From an uncultured Trueperaceae bacterium (GTDB lineage Bacteria > Deinococcota > Deinococci > Deinococcales > Trueperaceae), in assembly GCA_963815215.1 (NCBI GenBank), contig CAWFFU010000003.1, forward strand, positions 576,001-640,000: a DNA stretch of 64,000 nt, given 5' to 3'. The position numbers and the translations under genes were made by a program. The notes below the pieces were generated by a model. That model saw only the letters and a program-made list of their open reading frames with translations, was not told the DNA's origin and ran no database searches. How positions within the stretch are numbered: the stretch's first letter is position 1; each line of letters begins with the position of its first letter. This document shows positions 30,811 through 43,318 of the stretch, in pieces.

Positions 30811-31311
30811 TCAGTTGTGCCAGGTCCCGGGCGCGCTCCGTTGCTCACCGAGGATGGTGTCGATGGCGTGAGGCAATACGCCGATCACGGCCTCGAGGGA
30901 TTCTCGCGCGGCGCGGGGGCTGCCCGGCAGGTTGACCACCAGCGTCCGCCGGCGGATGCCCACCAGGCCGCGCGAGAGTGCCGCGTTCGGGTTCGAGGCG
31001 ACGCCGTGCGCCCGCATCAACTCGGCCAGGCCAGGCACCTCCCGCTCGATCACCTCGCGCGTGGCCTCCGGCGTGCGGTCGCGCAGGGCCAGGCCGGTCC
31101 CCCCGTTGGTCAGCACCAGGTCGACGGTGTCCTGATCGCACCACAATCGCAGCTTGGCGCGGATCATGGCTTGCTCGTCGGGAACCACCTGGTAATCGAC
31201 TTCGACGAATGGGCCCGCCTGCAGCAGGCGGCGGATCTCCTGGACCGAGGTGTCCTCGCGTTGGCCGGCGGCCCCACGGTCGCTCACGGTGAGTATGGCG
31301 GTGCGCACCAT
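30811..31311 (-). CDS. MogA/MoaB family molybdopterin adenylyltransferase
   Basis: [33 protein letters not shown]. Confidence 0.92.
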   Translation of the reverse strand: MVRTAILTVSDRGAAGQREDTSVQEIRRLLQAGPFVEVDYQVVPDEQAMIRAKLRLWCDQDTVDLVLTNGGTGLALRDRTPEATREVIEREVPGLAELMRAHGVASNPNAALSRGLVGIRRRTLVVNLPGSPRAARESLEAVIGVLPHAIDTILGEQRSAPGTWHN

Positions 31312-31504
31312 GCGCGCATGCTAGCGCCTCCGCGCTCTCGCGACGTTGAAGGGTTCCACACCGGCCGGGCCGCGGCGCTCCGGGGTCGCCCGCTCGCGCA
31401 CGTCTTCGGCGACGGTCCACGGCCGCTTGGACACGGACAGGTCCGGGCGTTACCCTGGGACGGTTCGACACAGACGGTCGTGGTCCGACCGTGGGAGGTC
31501 CCCC

Positions 31505-33663
<2,159 letters not shown>

Positions 33664-33695
33664 GCCCGCCGGCCACTGCGGCCCCAGGACCGAGC

Positions 33696-34679
33696 GTGAG
33701 TCCGTCCGAGGCGCGAAGCTACCGCGGTCGCTACGCGCCCTCTCCCAGCGGCTGGCTCCACCTGGGCAACGCCCGCACGGCGCTGGTGGCGTGGCTGCGC
33801 GCGCGCTCGCTCGGAGGCGAATTGGTGCTGCGGGTCGACGATCTCGACCGCCCGCGCACGCTCCCGGAGGCAGTGGACGGCAACCTTCACGAGCTCGCCT
33901 GGTTGGGGCTCGACTGGGACGAGGGGCCCGATATCGGCGGGCCCCTCGTCCCTTATCGCCAGAGCGGGCGGGGAGCTCACTACGCGGCTGCCCTGGAGGC
34001 CCTCGAGCGTGAGGGCCGCATCTTCCCGTGCTACCTCTCGCGCCGCGAGCTCCAGCAGATCGCGAGCGCGCCGCACGGCCGCACGCCCGTCTACGGACCG
34101 GCCGAGCGCCGTGCCAGCGCCCGCGCTGCCGAACACAAACGCGCCCAGGGCGCGACACCGAGCCTTCGGCTGCGGGTAGAGCCCGGATGGGTCGCGTTCG
34201 AGGATGCCATCGCCGGGCCGCAACGGGCGCGCGCCGGCCGTGACGTGGGGGACATCGTGGTGCGGCGCGCCGACGGCCTGTGGGCGTACCAGTTCGCAAC
34301 GGTGGTCGACGACGCCGCCATGGCCGTGACGGAGGTGGTCCGCGGCGACGACCTGCTGCCCGCCACCGCAGCGCAGCTCCTGCTCTACCGGGCGCTCGGC
34401 CTGGCGGCCCCCAGCTTCGCCCACGTCCCGTTGCTGCTCGACGAGCACGGTGAGCGCCTCGCCAAGCGCCGCGGATCGCTGACGCTGCGCGCCCTGCGCG
34501 AGGTGGGCGTCCGGCCGGAGCGCGTAGTGGGCCTGCTGGCGCACGGCCTCGGCCTGACGGGCGCGCTCGAGGAGATCGCGGCCGACGAGCTGGTGGCGCC
34601 GTTCGCGCTGGAGCGGCTGCTGCACACGCCGACCAGGTTGGGCCCCGACGAGCGGGCCTGGCTGCTGCGGGACGTCTAG
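33696..34679 (+). CDS. gluQ: Glutamyl-Q tRNA(Asp) synthetase
   Basis: [41 protein letters not shown]; no anticodon-binding domain. Confidence 0.9.
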   Translation: MSPSEARSYRGRYAPSPSGWLHLGNARTALVAWLRARSLGGELVLRVDDLDRPRTLPEAVDGNLHELAWLGLDWDEGPDIGGPLVPYRQSGRGAHYAAALEALEREGRIFPCYLSRRELQQIASAPHGRTPVYGPAERRASARAAEHKRAQGATPSLRLRVEPGWVAFEDAIAGPQRARAGRDVGDIVVRRADGLWAYQFATVVDDAAMAVTEVVRGDDLLPATAAQLLLYRALGLAAPSFAHVPLLLDEHGERLAKRRGSLTLRALREVGVRPERVVGLLAHGLGLTGALEEIAADELVAPFALERLLHTPTRLGPDERAWLLRDV

Positions 34680-34695
34680 CCTGCGGCGCGAACCC

Positions 34696-34724
34696 TTGCC
34701 AGCGTCGGGGCACGGACATAGACT
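34696..34724 (+). promoter_or_regulatory. Sigma70 promoter of the trp leader/trpBA
   Basis: TTGCCA-N17-TAGACT followed 6 nt later by ATG. Confidence 0.75.
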
Positions 34725-34730
34725 GGCGCC

Positions 34731-34832
34731 ATGCGGACGCGCGTGCGGGTGCGCACCCCCCGTAGTTTCAAGTGGCACCACCAGCACTGGCGCCGCTGTG
34801 GTCGTGCCGCGACGCGATCCGCCACCCCCTAG
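34731..34832 (+). CDS. Putative leaderless Trp leader peptide, 33 aa
   Basis: [33 protein letters not shown]. Two TGG codons; stops 28 nt before trpB. Confidence 0.62.
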   Translation: MRTRVRVRTPRSFKWHHQHWRRCGRAATRSATP

Positions 34833-34860
34833 TTCCCTTCGAAACATCCGAGGAGGCACG

Positions 34861-36887
<2,027 letters not shown>

Positions 36888-36911
36888 GGGCGCCCCCCGG
36901 CAGGCCCTACG

Positions 36912-37667
36912 TCAGCGCTCGGTCAGGTGGGCCTGGTCGCCGATCTTGAGGTAGAGGTCGTGACCGACCAGGACGTCGGCCCCGCTACCCGCCGGGACAT
37001 CGTTGCCGATGACGCGAACCACGACGGCGTCGGCACCGCTGCGCCGCGACAGGACCAGCAGCTGGCCGACACGGTGGTAGCGCGATTGGACCTCGTACCC
37101 CCGCAGGCTATCGTCGACGCCGACGCGAACGACGCCGGTGGGCAACGCCAGCGGCTCCAACTTGACCCGGGCCACGCCCATGTTCTTCATGTGGATGGCC
37201 TCGGCGGCGGCGCGCGACAGGTCGATGATGCGGTTGGGCTTGAACGGTCCGCGGTCGTTGATGCGCACCACGACGCTCTCGTTGTTGACGAGGTTGGTGA
37301 CCTTCACCAGGGTGCCGAAAGGCAGCGTACGGTGGGCGGCGGTCAGCTGGCTGGGATCGAAGATCTCGCCGTCGGACGTGAGCCGTCCCGCGAAGTTCGG
37401 CCCGTACCACGACGCGATTCCGATCTGAACGTTGGCGGCGGCGTCGGGCACCTGGGGTACCACGGCCGGCGTCGCGGGAGGGGCGGTGTCCGCCTGGGCC
37501 GACACCACCGGCGCGGCGCTGAGCGCCGGGGCACAGGCCCCCAACACCAGACCCAGCGCAGCTAGCGGCAACCCCCCGCGAAGGGTACGCGGGGCGCGAC
37601 CCAGGGCAACGCGGCTACGGGTCAGCAACGTCGCAGCGATCATCCAGATGAGAACGCGTGGTAGCAC
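36912..37667 (-). CDS. rlpA: RlpA family lipoprotein (septal lytic transglycosylase)
   Basis: Lipobox LGAC; GIASWYG, LTAAHRTLPFG, RINDRGPF, RIIDLS. Confidence 0.9.
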   Translation of the reverse strand: MLPRVLIWMIAATLLTRSRVALGRAPRTLRGGLPLAALGLVLGACAPALSAAPVVSAQADTAPPATPAVVPQVPDAAANVQIGIASWYGPNFAGRLTSDGEIFDPSQLTAAHRTLPFGTLVKVTNLVNNESVVVRINDRGPFKPNRIIDLSRAAAEAIHMKNMGVARVKLEPLALPTGVVRVGVDDSLRGYEVQSRYHRVGQLLVLSRRSGADAVVVRVIGNDVPAGSGADVLVGHDLYLKIGDQAHLTER

Positions 37668-37730
37668 GATCTATGCTACGCACGCGTCACGAGCGGTCGA
37701 TGTGAAAGGATTCCGGTCGCGCCGGGCCCC

Positions 37731-37907
37731 TCACGCCCAGGTACGCCGGGCGAGTTCCTTCTGGCACAGGACGAACGACTCGAAATCCTCGATCTCCGCG
37801 CTGCCGTCGGCGATGGCGCTCTCGCACTTCGCGATGATATCGCTGAGTTCCTCGTTGCTCAGAGCCCGCAGACTCTGTCCGTTGGGTCCCGCTGCTGCCT
37901 GTACCAT
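37731..37907 (-). CDS. Small acidic hypothetical protein, 58 aa
   Basis: GAGGGG RBS, upstream TAGAGT -10, coding-like codon usage. Confidence 0.65.
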   Translation of the reverse strand: MVQAAAGPNGQSLRALSNEELSDIIAKCESAIADGSAEIEDFESFVLCQKELARRTWA

Positions 37908-38067
37908 GTCGACCCCTCGCTTTCGTCGCATCCGGTGGTCTCCCCGAGATGGCTTGACTCTACCAGCGAGGGTCTTACAGGATTCTCACACTTCCGTACC
38001 CCCACGGGACGCACGGTAGTCGCCTCGGCAGCGGGCGCACGCCTCGACCCGCCGGTATGGTGGCGGC

Positions 38068-38832
38068 ATGATCGACAGCCACTGCCATCTCGACGCCTGT
38101 GACGATCCGGACGGCGCCGCCGACGCCTCCCTGCGGGCTCTCGTAACCGTCGGTACCACCGTCGACGGTGACCGTGAAGCCCTTCGGCTGGCAGACACGC
38201 ATCCCAACGTATGGGCGGCCGTCGGCATCCACCCGAACAACGCCTCCGACGCCGACGACCCCGCCGTCCGGGAAGCGGTGGCCGCCCTGGCCGGGCACCC
38301 GCGTGTCGTCGCCATCGGGGAGACCGGCTTCGACACCCACTGGGACGACGAGACGCTGGAGAGCCAACGTCGCGCCTTCGACTGGCAAGCCGCGCTCGCC
38401 CGGCGCCTGAACAAGCCGTTGATCCTCCACGTGCGCGACGGCCAGGGGCGAGAGGACGCCTCGCTGGCGGCCGTCGCCGCCATCGGCGAGGCCGGGCACC
38501 GGCGCGGCATCCTGCACTGCTTCAACGGTCACGCCGGCCTCCTGGACGCGGGTCTGGCGCTGGGATGGATGGTGTCGTTCGCCGGGAACGTCACCTTCAA
38601 GAATGCCGCGGCGCTGCGCGATGCGGCCCGCGCCGTTCCCGAAGACCGGCTGCTCGTCGAGACCGACAGCCCCTACCTGGCGCCGGTCCCGATGCGGGGC
38701 AGGCGCAACACGCCCGCGTACGTGCGCCATACCGCGGAGGTCGTGGCGGAGGTGCGCGGCGTGCCGCTGGACGCGCTCGAGCCCGTGCTCGACCGCAACG
38801 CCGCCCGCGTGTACGGCCTCCCGCTGGACTGA
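38068..38832 (+). CDS. tatD: TatD family nuclease
   Basis: MIDSHCHLD, GIHP, AIGETG, LHCF, ETDSPYL. Confidence 0.95.
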   Translation: MIDSHCHLDACDDPDGAADASLRALVTVGTTVDGDREALRLADTHPNVWAAVGIHPNNASDADDPAVREAVAALAGHPRVVAIGETGFDTHWDDETLESQRRAFDWQAALARRLNKPLILHVRDGQGREDASLAAVAAIGEAGHRRGILHCFNGHAGLLDAGLALGWMVSFAGNVTFKNAAALRDAARAVPEDRLLVETDSPYLAPVPMRGRRNTPAYVRHTAEVVAEVRGVPLDALEPVLDRNAARVYGLPLD

Positions 38833-38930
38833 TCCGCGGCGCACGCGCCTGCCGCCCGCCATCACGGGACGGGCGACAGGCGCGGAGCGTGCGTGGGCCG
38901 AGGACGCACCGTACGCGCCGGTGCGCCCAC

Positions 38931-40163
38931 TCAGGCGGCGGGTGCCGTGTCGAGGCCGCGCAGCCCCTGCGTTGTCGCGACCACGAGTGTGACCAGGAGC
39001 ATCAGGGCGGCGGCGCTGGAGAAGAGCAGGACGAACCCGTGGCCCACCAGCACACCGGCTCCTGCCAGCGAGAGGGGCGCCAGGCCGACCGAGGCGAACA
39101 TCACCAGGCTCATGACGCGCCCACGGAAGGCGGCGTCCGTGCGGCCCTGCAGCCAGGCGATGGCCCGCACGTTGAGCGCGCCGGCGCCCAGCCCCATCAC
39201 CGCGAGCGCGGCCAGCACGAGCGGTAAGCGACCGGCCACGCCCACGGCGCCGAGGGCAGCCGCGAAGAGAAGCGGCGCCCCCACCATCAGTCGACCGAGG
39301 GGAACGCGCCGGAGCGCGCTGCCGGCCAACAGGGCGCCGAGCAGCGTGCTGCCGCCGAACACCGACATCATCACGCCGAAGGCGGCCGCGCCCCCGAAGC
39401 GCTGGTGGGCCAGCAGCGGCAGGCCCACCCCGGCCGGCCCGGCGATGGCCAGGTTCAGGAAGGCGACCGAGATGAGCATGACTCGCATGGATGGGGTCCG
39501 AAAGGCGTAGCGCATCCCGCTCCCGATCTGTTGCAGCACGTTCGTTCCGTCGCCCGCCCGGATCGACGCCGGGACCCGCATCGCCAGCAGCGTGGTGAGC
39601 GTGAACAGGAAGGTGAGTGCGTCGATCCCGAAGGCGGGCGTGAGGCCCGCCGCCGCGATCACCACGCCGGCGAAGGCCGGGCCGAGCAGCATCGCGAGCT
39701 GCTCGCTGCCCTGTACCAGGGCGTTGGCGCTCTCCAGTCGCTCCCGCGGCACGATGGAAGGCACGATCGTCATCAAGGACGGGTGGTAGAAGGCGTCGAC
39801 GGTCCCGAACAGCACGGCCAGCAGGTAGACGTGGGCGAGTTGCAGGGCGCCGGCGGCCGCCAGCGCCGTGAGCAGCCCGACCGCCACGGCGCGAAGCAGG
39901 TTGGACGCCAGCATCACGCGCCGGGGTGAGAGCCGGTCGCTCACGGCGCCGCCGAGGAGCATGAACAACGCGCGGGGCACCGCCGCCGTCATCAACACCG
40001 TGCCCAGTGCGAGGCCGTCGCCCCCGAGCCGGAGGGTGAGCCACGGCAGGCCGACGAGGTAGAACTGGTCACCCAGCAGGGAGACACTCTCGCCAAGCCA
40101 CAGCAGACGGAAATCGCGGACCGCGAGCGGCTGGGCCGAAGGGGAGGATGGGTTCGCATTCAT
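38931..40163 (-). CDS. MFS transporter (DHA3-like efflux)
   Basis: RDFRLLWLG..VSLLGD, GGAVSDRLS motif A, about 12 TMs, RGRVMS. Confidence 0.88.
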   Translation of the reverse strand: MNANPSSPSAQPLAVRDFRLLWLGESVSLLGDQFYLVGLPWLTLRLGGDGLALGTVLMTAAVPRALFMLLGGAVSDRLSPRRVMLASNLLRAVAVGLLTALAAAGALQLAHVYLLAVLFGTVDAFYHPSLMTIVPSIVPRERLESANALVQGSEQLAMLLGPAFAGVVIAAAGLTPAFGIDALTFLFTLTTLLAMRVPASIRAGDGTNVLQQIGSGMRYAFRTPSMRVMLISVAFLNLAIAGPAGVGLPLLAHQRFGGAAAFGVMMSVFGGSTLLGALLAGSALRRVPLGRLMVGAPLLFAAALGAVGVAGRLPLVLAALAVMGLGAGALNVRAIAWLQGRTDAAFRGRVMSLVMFASVGLAPLSLAGAGVLVGHGFVLLFSSAAALMLLVTLVVATTQGLRGLDTAPAA

Positions 40164-40193
40164 GACGTCAAGGTAGGAGCTACCCTAGTCGAG

Positions 40194-40862
40194 ATGGAAC
40201 CGTCCGACTCGACTAGCCCGGCGGCCGTGGTCGACGACGAGCCCGCGGCCGCGTTCCTCCTCGACGCCGATCGCCTGCGCTTCCTGCACCCGTTCATGCA
40301 GGGCGAGCGCAGCACCAGTGCGGCAGCCTCCGAGGTCGGTGTGAGCGTCAAGGACATGGCCTACCGCGTGAAGCGCATGCGGCAGCTGCGCCTCCTGGAG
40401 CTGACTCGCGAGCAGAAGCGCGCGGGGCGCCCGGTACGCTACTACCGCGCCCCCGACGCCTTCTTCATCCCGTTCGCGACGCTCCCCCAGGCCGATCTCG
40501 AGGAATCGGTGGCGAGCCTACTGCACGGCCCCCAACAGCGCCTGATCGCCGGGCTGGTGCATGCGCTCGCCGACCGCGAGCTCCAGCTCCACCGCTGGGG
40601 GTGGCGGCTCGAGCTCGATGCCGAGCAGCGCGTGTCGATCGGCCCGTCGGATCAGACCGCCGACGAGGAACCGCTGACCCAGCGGCTGCTGCACGACGAC
40701 GCCCCGGCCGTCTTGATGGCCAACCTCCCTCTGTGGCTGGATCATGGCGACGCCAAACAATTGCAGCGAGACCTGGTCGAGCTGGTCCGCCGCTACGACG
40801 GGCGCAACGGCACCACCAGCTACATGCTCACCCTGGGGCTGACGCCCTCGAAGGACCCGTGA
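40194..40862 (+). CDS. Winged-helix (ArsR-like) transcriptional regulator, divergent from the MFS gene
   Basis: RFLHPF...SAAASEVG....MAYRVKRM..L.LL....RAGRPVRYY. Confidence 0.72.
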   Translation: MEPSDSTSPAAVVDDEPAAAFLLDADRLRFLHPFMQGERSTSAAASEVGVSVKDMAYRVKRMRQLRLLELTREQKRAGRPVRYYRAPDAFFIPFATLPQADLEESVASLLHGPQQRLIAGLVHALADRELQLHRWGWRLELDAEQRVSIGPSDQTADEEPLTQRLLHDDAPAVLMANLPLWLDHGDAKQLQRDLVELVRRYDGRNGTTSYMLTLGLTPSKDP

Positions 40863-40878
40863 GCGTGCGGCCGGGCCG

Positions 40879-41325
40879 TTACCGGCCCGGCCCCACCAAC
40901 CAGCTCTCGGGCTCGTCCCGGTCGTAACGCAGGGCCTCGGCCAGGCGCGCTCGCGACGGCACCCGGTGGGCATCGTGCGGGATGAACGCGGTCACCACGT
41001 CGACCCAGCGCTGGGTGCTGTACTCCACCACGACGTGCAGTGGGATCTTCACGGCGGCGCTGACGGGCAGGTAGCCCAGTACCAGCAGGCGCTCGTCCTG
41101 CCAGTAGCGCATCAGCTCACGGCCGTAGAGCACCGTTTCCACGATGTCGGTCTCGGTGAAGCCCTCGCACGTCGCGTGCTTGGCGGCATGGGTCCCGATG
41201 CGGTACAGACCCTGCTTCACCAGCGGACGCAGATCCGATAAGGTGCGTTGCCTGGGAGGATGCCGTGCAGAACGCGGCCTGGGGACGCGCTGCGTTCGAC
41301 CGGGACCGTATCCACGCTCGTCCAT
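40879..41325 (-). CDS. DUF4258 domain protein
   Basis: HA.......DI...V..G, LVLG, PLHVVV, VVTAFIP; GGAGG RBS. Confidence 0.72.
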   Translation of the reverse strand: MDERGYGPGRTQRVPRPRSARHPPRQRTLSDLRPLVKQGLYRIGTHAAKHATCEGFTETDIVETVLYGRELMRYWQDERLLVLGYLPVSAAVKIPLHVVVEYSTQRWVDVVTAFIPHDAHRVPSRARLAEALRYDRDEPESWLVGPGR

Positions 41326-41544
41326 GACGCCACCTCCAGAAGGGTCTGGCGGTACCAGACGGGCCGCAAAGCGAAGGCGCCGCGGGACCAGGGTCACCGC
41401 GCCGCCACATCAGCCTTGCATGGGCCATGCTAGCACGCAGATCCGTTCGCCTGGATGCGCGCCAACGCACATTCGCAGTGCCGCCGGAGCGCCGGCGCCG
41501 CCGGCCCACTCCGACGCACGCCCACCTCGCCGTACACTGGAGGC

Positions 41545-41775
41545 ATGTCTTCCGGGCCCCACCAGACCCGCTTCTACGAGCTCGCAGGCGACGCCGCCCA
41601 GGCACGCCTCGGCGATCTGGCCGTTCGCCTGCAGCGCGGCGGCGCCCGCACCCGACTGCTCGCAAGTCGCGACCAGGAGGGACTCTACCTGCTGGTCGCC
41701 GATGCCGACCGCCTGCCCGAGCCGGCCGCTCCCCAGGGCTGCCGGGTGTGGACCTTCGCGAGCGTGGACGAATGA
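41545..41775 (+). CDS. Hypothetical protein, 76 aa
   Basis: TACACT-N6-ATG; ATGA overlap with the next gene; LLASRDQEGLYLL. Confidence 0.7.
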   Translation: MSSGPHQTRFYELAGDAAQARLGDLAVRLQRGGARTRLLASRDQEGLYLLVADADRLPEPAAPQGCRVWTFASVDE

Positions 41776-42659
41776 CGGACGGAACCACCTACCTCGATCG
41801 GCCCCTCAACATCGAACGTGCCGACGCCGACCTCTACGTCGAGCAGGTCGGCCGGTCCGACGCCCCTCCCGTGTACTACCTCCACGGCGGGCCGGGCTAC
41901 AACAGCTTCTCGTTCCGCGACCTGGCGGGCGACGATCTCGAGGACTTCCAACTGCTCTACGCCGATCAGCGGGGTGCGGGACGCAGTTACAGCGCCTCCC
42001 CGTTCGATCTCGACCTGCTCGCCGACGACGTCCGGGCTGTGCTCGACGCGCTCGAGATCGGCAAGGCCAGCCTTCTGGCGCATGGCTTCGGTGCGCTCGT
42101 GGCGGTGCGGGCCGCTCACCGCACGCCCCATCGGTTCGAGCGCCTGGTGATGGTGAACCCCTGGCTGTCGATGCCCATGCTGGCGCGTGACCTGCAACGA
42201 CAGGCCGCCCACGAGGCGGGGCATCCCGACGAGGCGCTGCCTCCCGAGAGCGCGCTCGCCGAGCCGGAGACGCTCGATCCCGAGATGCTCGTCGACCAGG
42301 CGTTCGGGTGGGTGAACCCCAAGATCCTGTTCGACGGCATGCAGTTCCCGTCGCCATCGAGCCGGCTGCGGCTCGAGCACAGCGACGCCACGGCGCTGTT
42401 CGGCCCACACGAGGCCCCGGAGCCCGAAGGGGTGTGGCATCTAGACGTCCTCGACGAGCTCGCCACCCTGCGCCTCCCGATCGTGGTGCTGCTGGGCACC
42501 CGCGACGGTACCGCCTACCCGGGTCAGGCCGAGGCCGTCCTGGAACGCCTCCCGTCGGCCCTGACGAGCCTGATCGAGGCAGGACACTACCCCTGGGCCG
42601 ACGACCCGGAGACCTTCGCGCCGCTGCTCAGGCAGGCCCTGCAGGTAAGAGCGTCGTAA
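41772..42659 (+). CDS. Proline iminopeptidase-like alpha/beta hydrolase lacking the nucleophile Ser
   Basis: LHGGPG, DQRGAGRS; the elbow reads AHGFG; GHYPW. Confidence 0.82.
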   Translation: MTDGTTYLDRPLNIERADADLYVEQVGRSDAPPVYYLHGGPGYNSFSFRDLAGDDLEDFQLLYADQRGAGRSYSASPFDLDLLADDVRAVLDALEIGKASLLAHGFGALVAVRAAHRTPHRFERLVMVNPWLSMPMLARDLQRQAAHEAGHPDEALPPESALAEPETLDPEMLVDQAFGWVNPKILFDGMQFPSPSSRLRLEHSDATALFGPHEAPEPEGVWHLDVLDELATLRLPIVVLLGTRDGTAYPGQAEAVLERLPSALTSLIEAGHYPWADDPETFAPLLRQALQVRAS

Positions 42660-42817
42660 GGGCATACCGCGTAGACTCCGACTCGATGCGGTCTATACCC
42701 CAGCGTGCCGACCGCCCAACCCGCCGACCCCCGGCCGCCGGGCGAAAGCCCGGAAGTTGCGGCCCCGTCGTGAATCCTTCCGCTTGCGGGCGGCCGTCGG
42801 CATGCTACACTTCGCCA

Positions 42818-43318
42818 ATGCTGCGGCCAGATGTCATGGTGACCAGCGTCGACCAGGTCGACGCGGAGTTGCTCCGGGGCCTCGGCGTGCGCGGGGTTAT
42901 GGTCGATCTCGACGACACCTTGCTGGCGGCCACCGAGGACGCGCCCGACCCGAGCGTCGAGGTGTGGCTCGCCGGCCTGAAGCGTTCCGGCATCCGGATC
43001 CTGATCCTCTCCAACGGCGAGCGCCGGCGTGTGGCTACAGTGGCGGCACGACTCGGGGTCGAGGCCATCGCGCTGTCCGGCAAGCCGTTCACCCGCGCCT
43101 TCGCGCGCGCCCTCGTGCGCCTCGGAACGCCGGCAGCGGCCACCGCGATGGTGGGGGACCAGCTCTTCACCGACGTACTGGGCGCCAACCTCGCCGGTCT
43201 GGTGTCGATCCTGGTGCAGCCGCTGTCGCCGGGTAAGCTTCCTCATACTCGAATGGTGCGCCATCTTGAGAGAATGATCCTACGAGGGGGTGAGCGTGGC
43301 CGTCCTGTCCATCGGTGA
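42818..43318 (+). CDS. YqeG family HAD IIIA phosphatase
   Basis: DLDDTL, ILSN, KP, MVGDQLFTDVLG; TACACT-N6-ATG. Confidence 0.88.
   Translation: MLRPDVMVTSVDQVDAELLRGLGVRGVMVDLDDTLLAATEDAPDPSVEVWLAGLKRSGIRILILSNGERRRVATVAARLGVEAIALSGKPFTRAFARALVRLGTPAAATAMVGDQLFTDVLGANLAGLVSILVQPLSPGKLPHTRMVRHLERMILRGGERGRPVHR

Noticed and set aside
34731..34860. T-box riboswitch before trpB
   Set aside because: Too short, with no AGGGTGGNACCGCG T-box motif or terminator; a leader peptide fits better.
42738..42760. SRP RNA or c-di-GMP riboswitch call for the GAAA hairpin
   Set aside because: It lacks the SRP CAGG..GGAA..AGCAG loop and the GEMM GCAAA/GAAA pattern, so it is kept only as an unassigned structured element.
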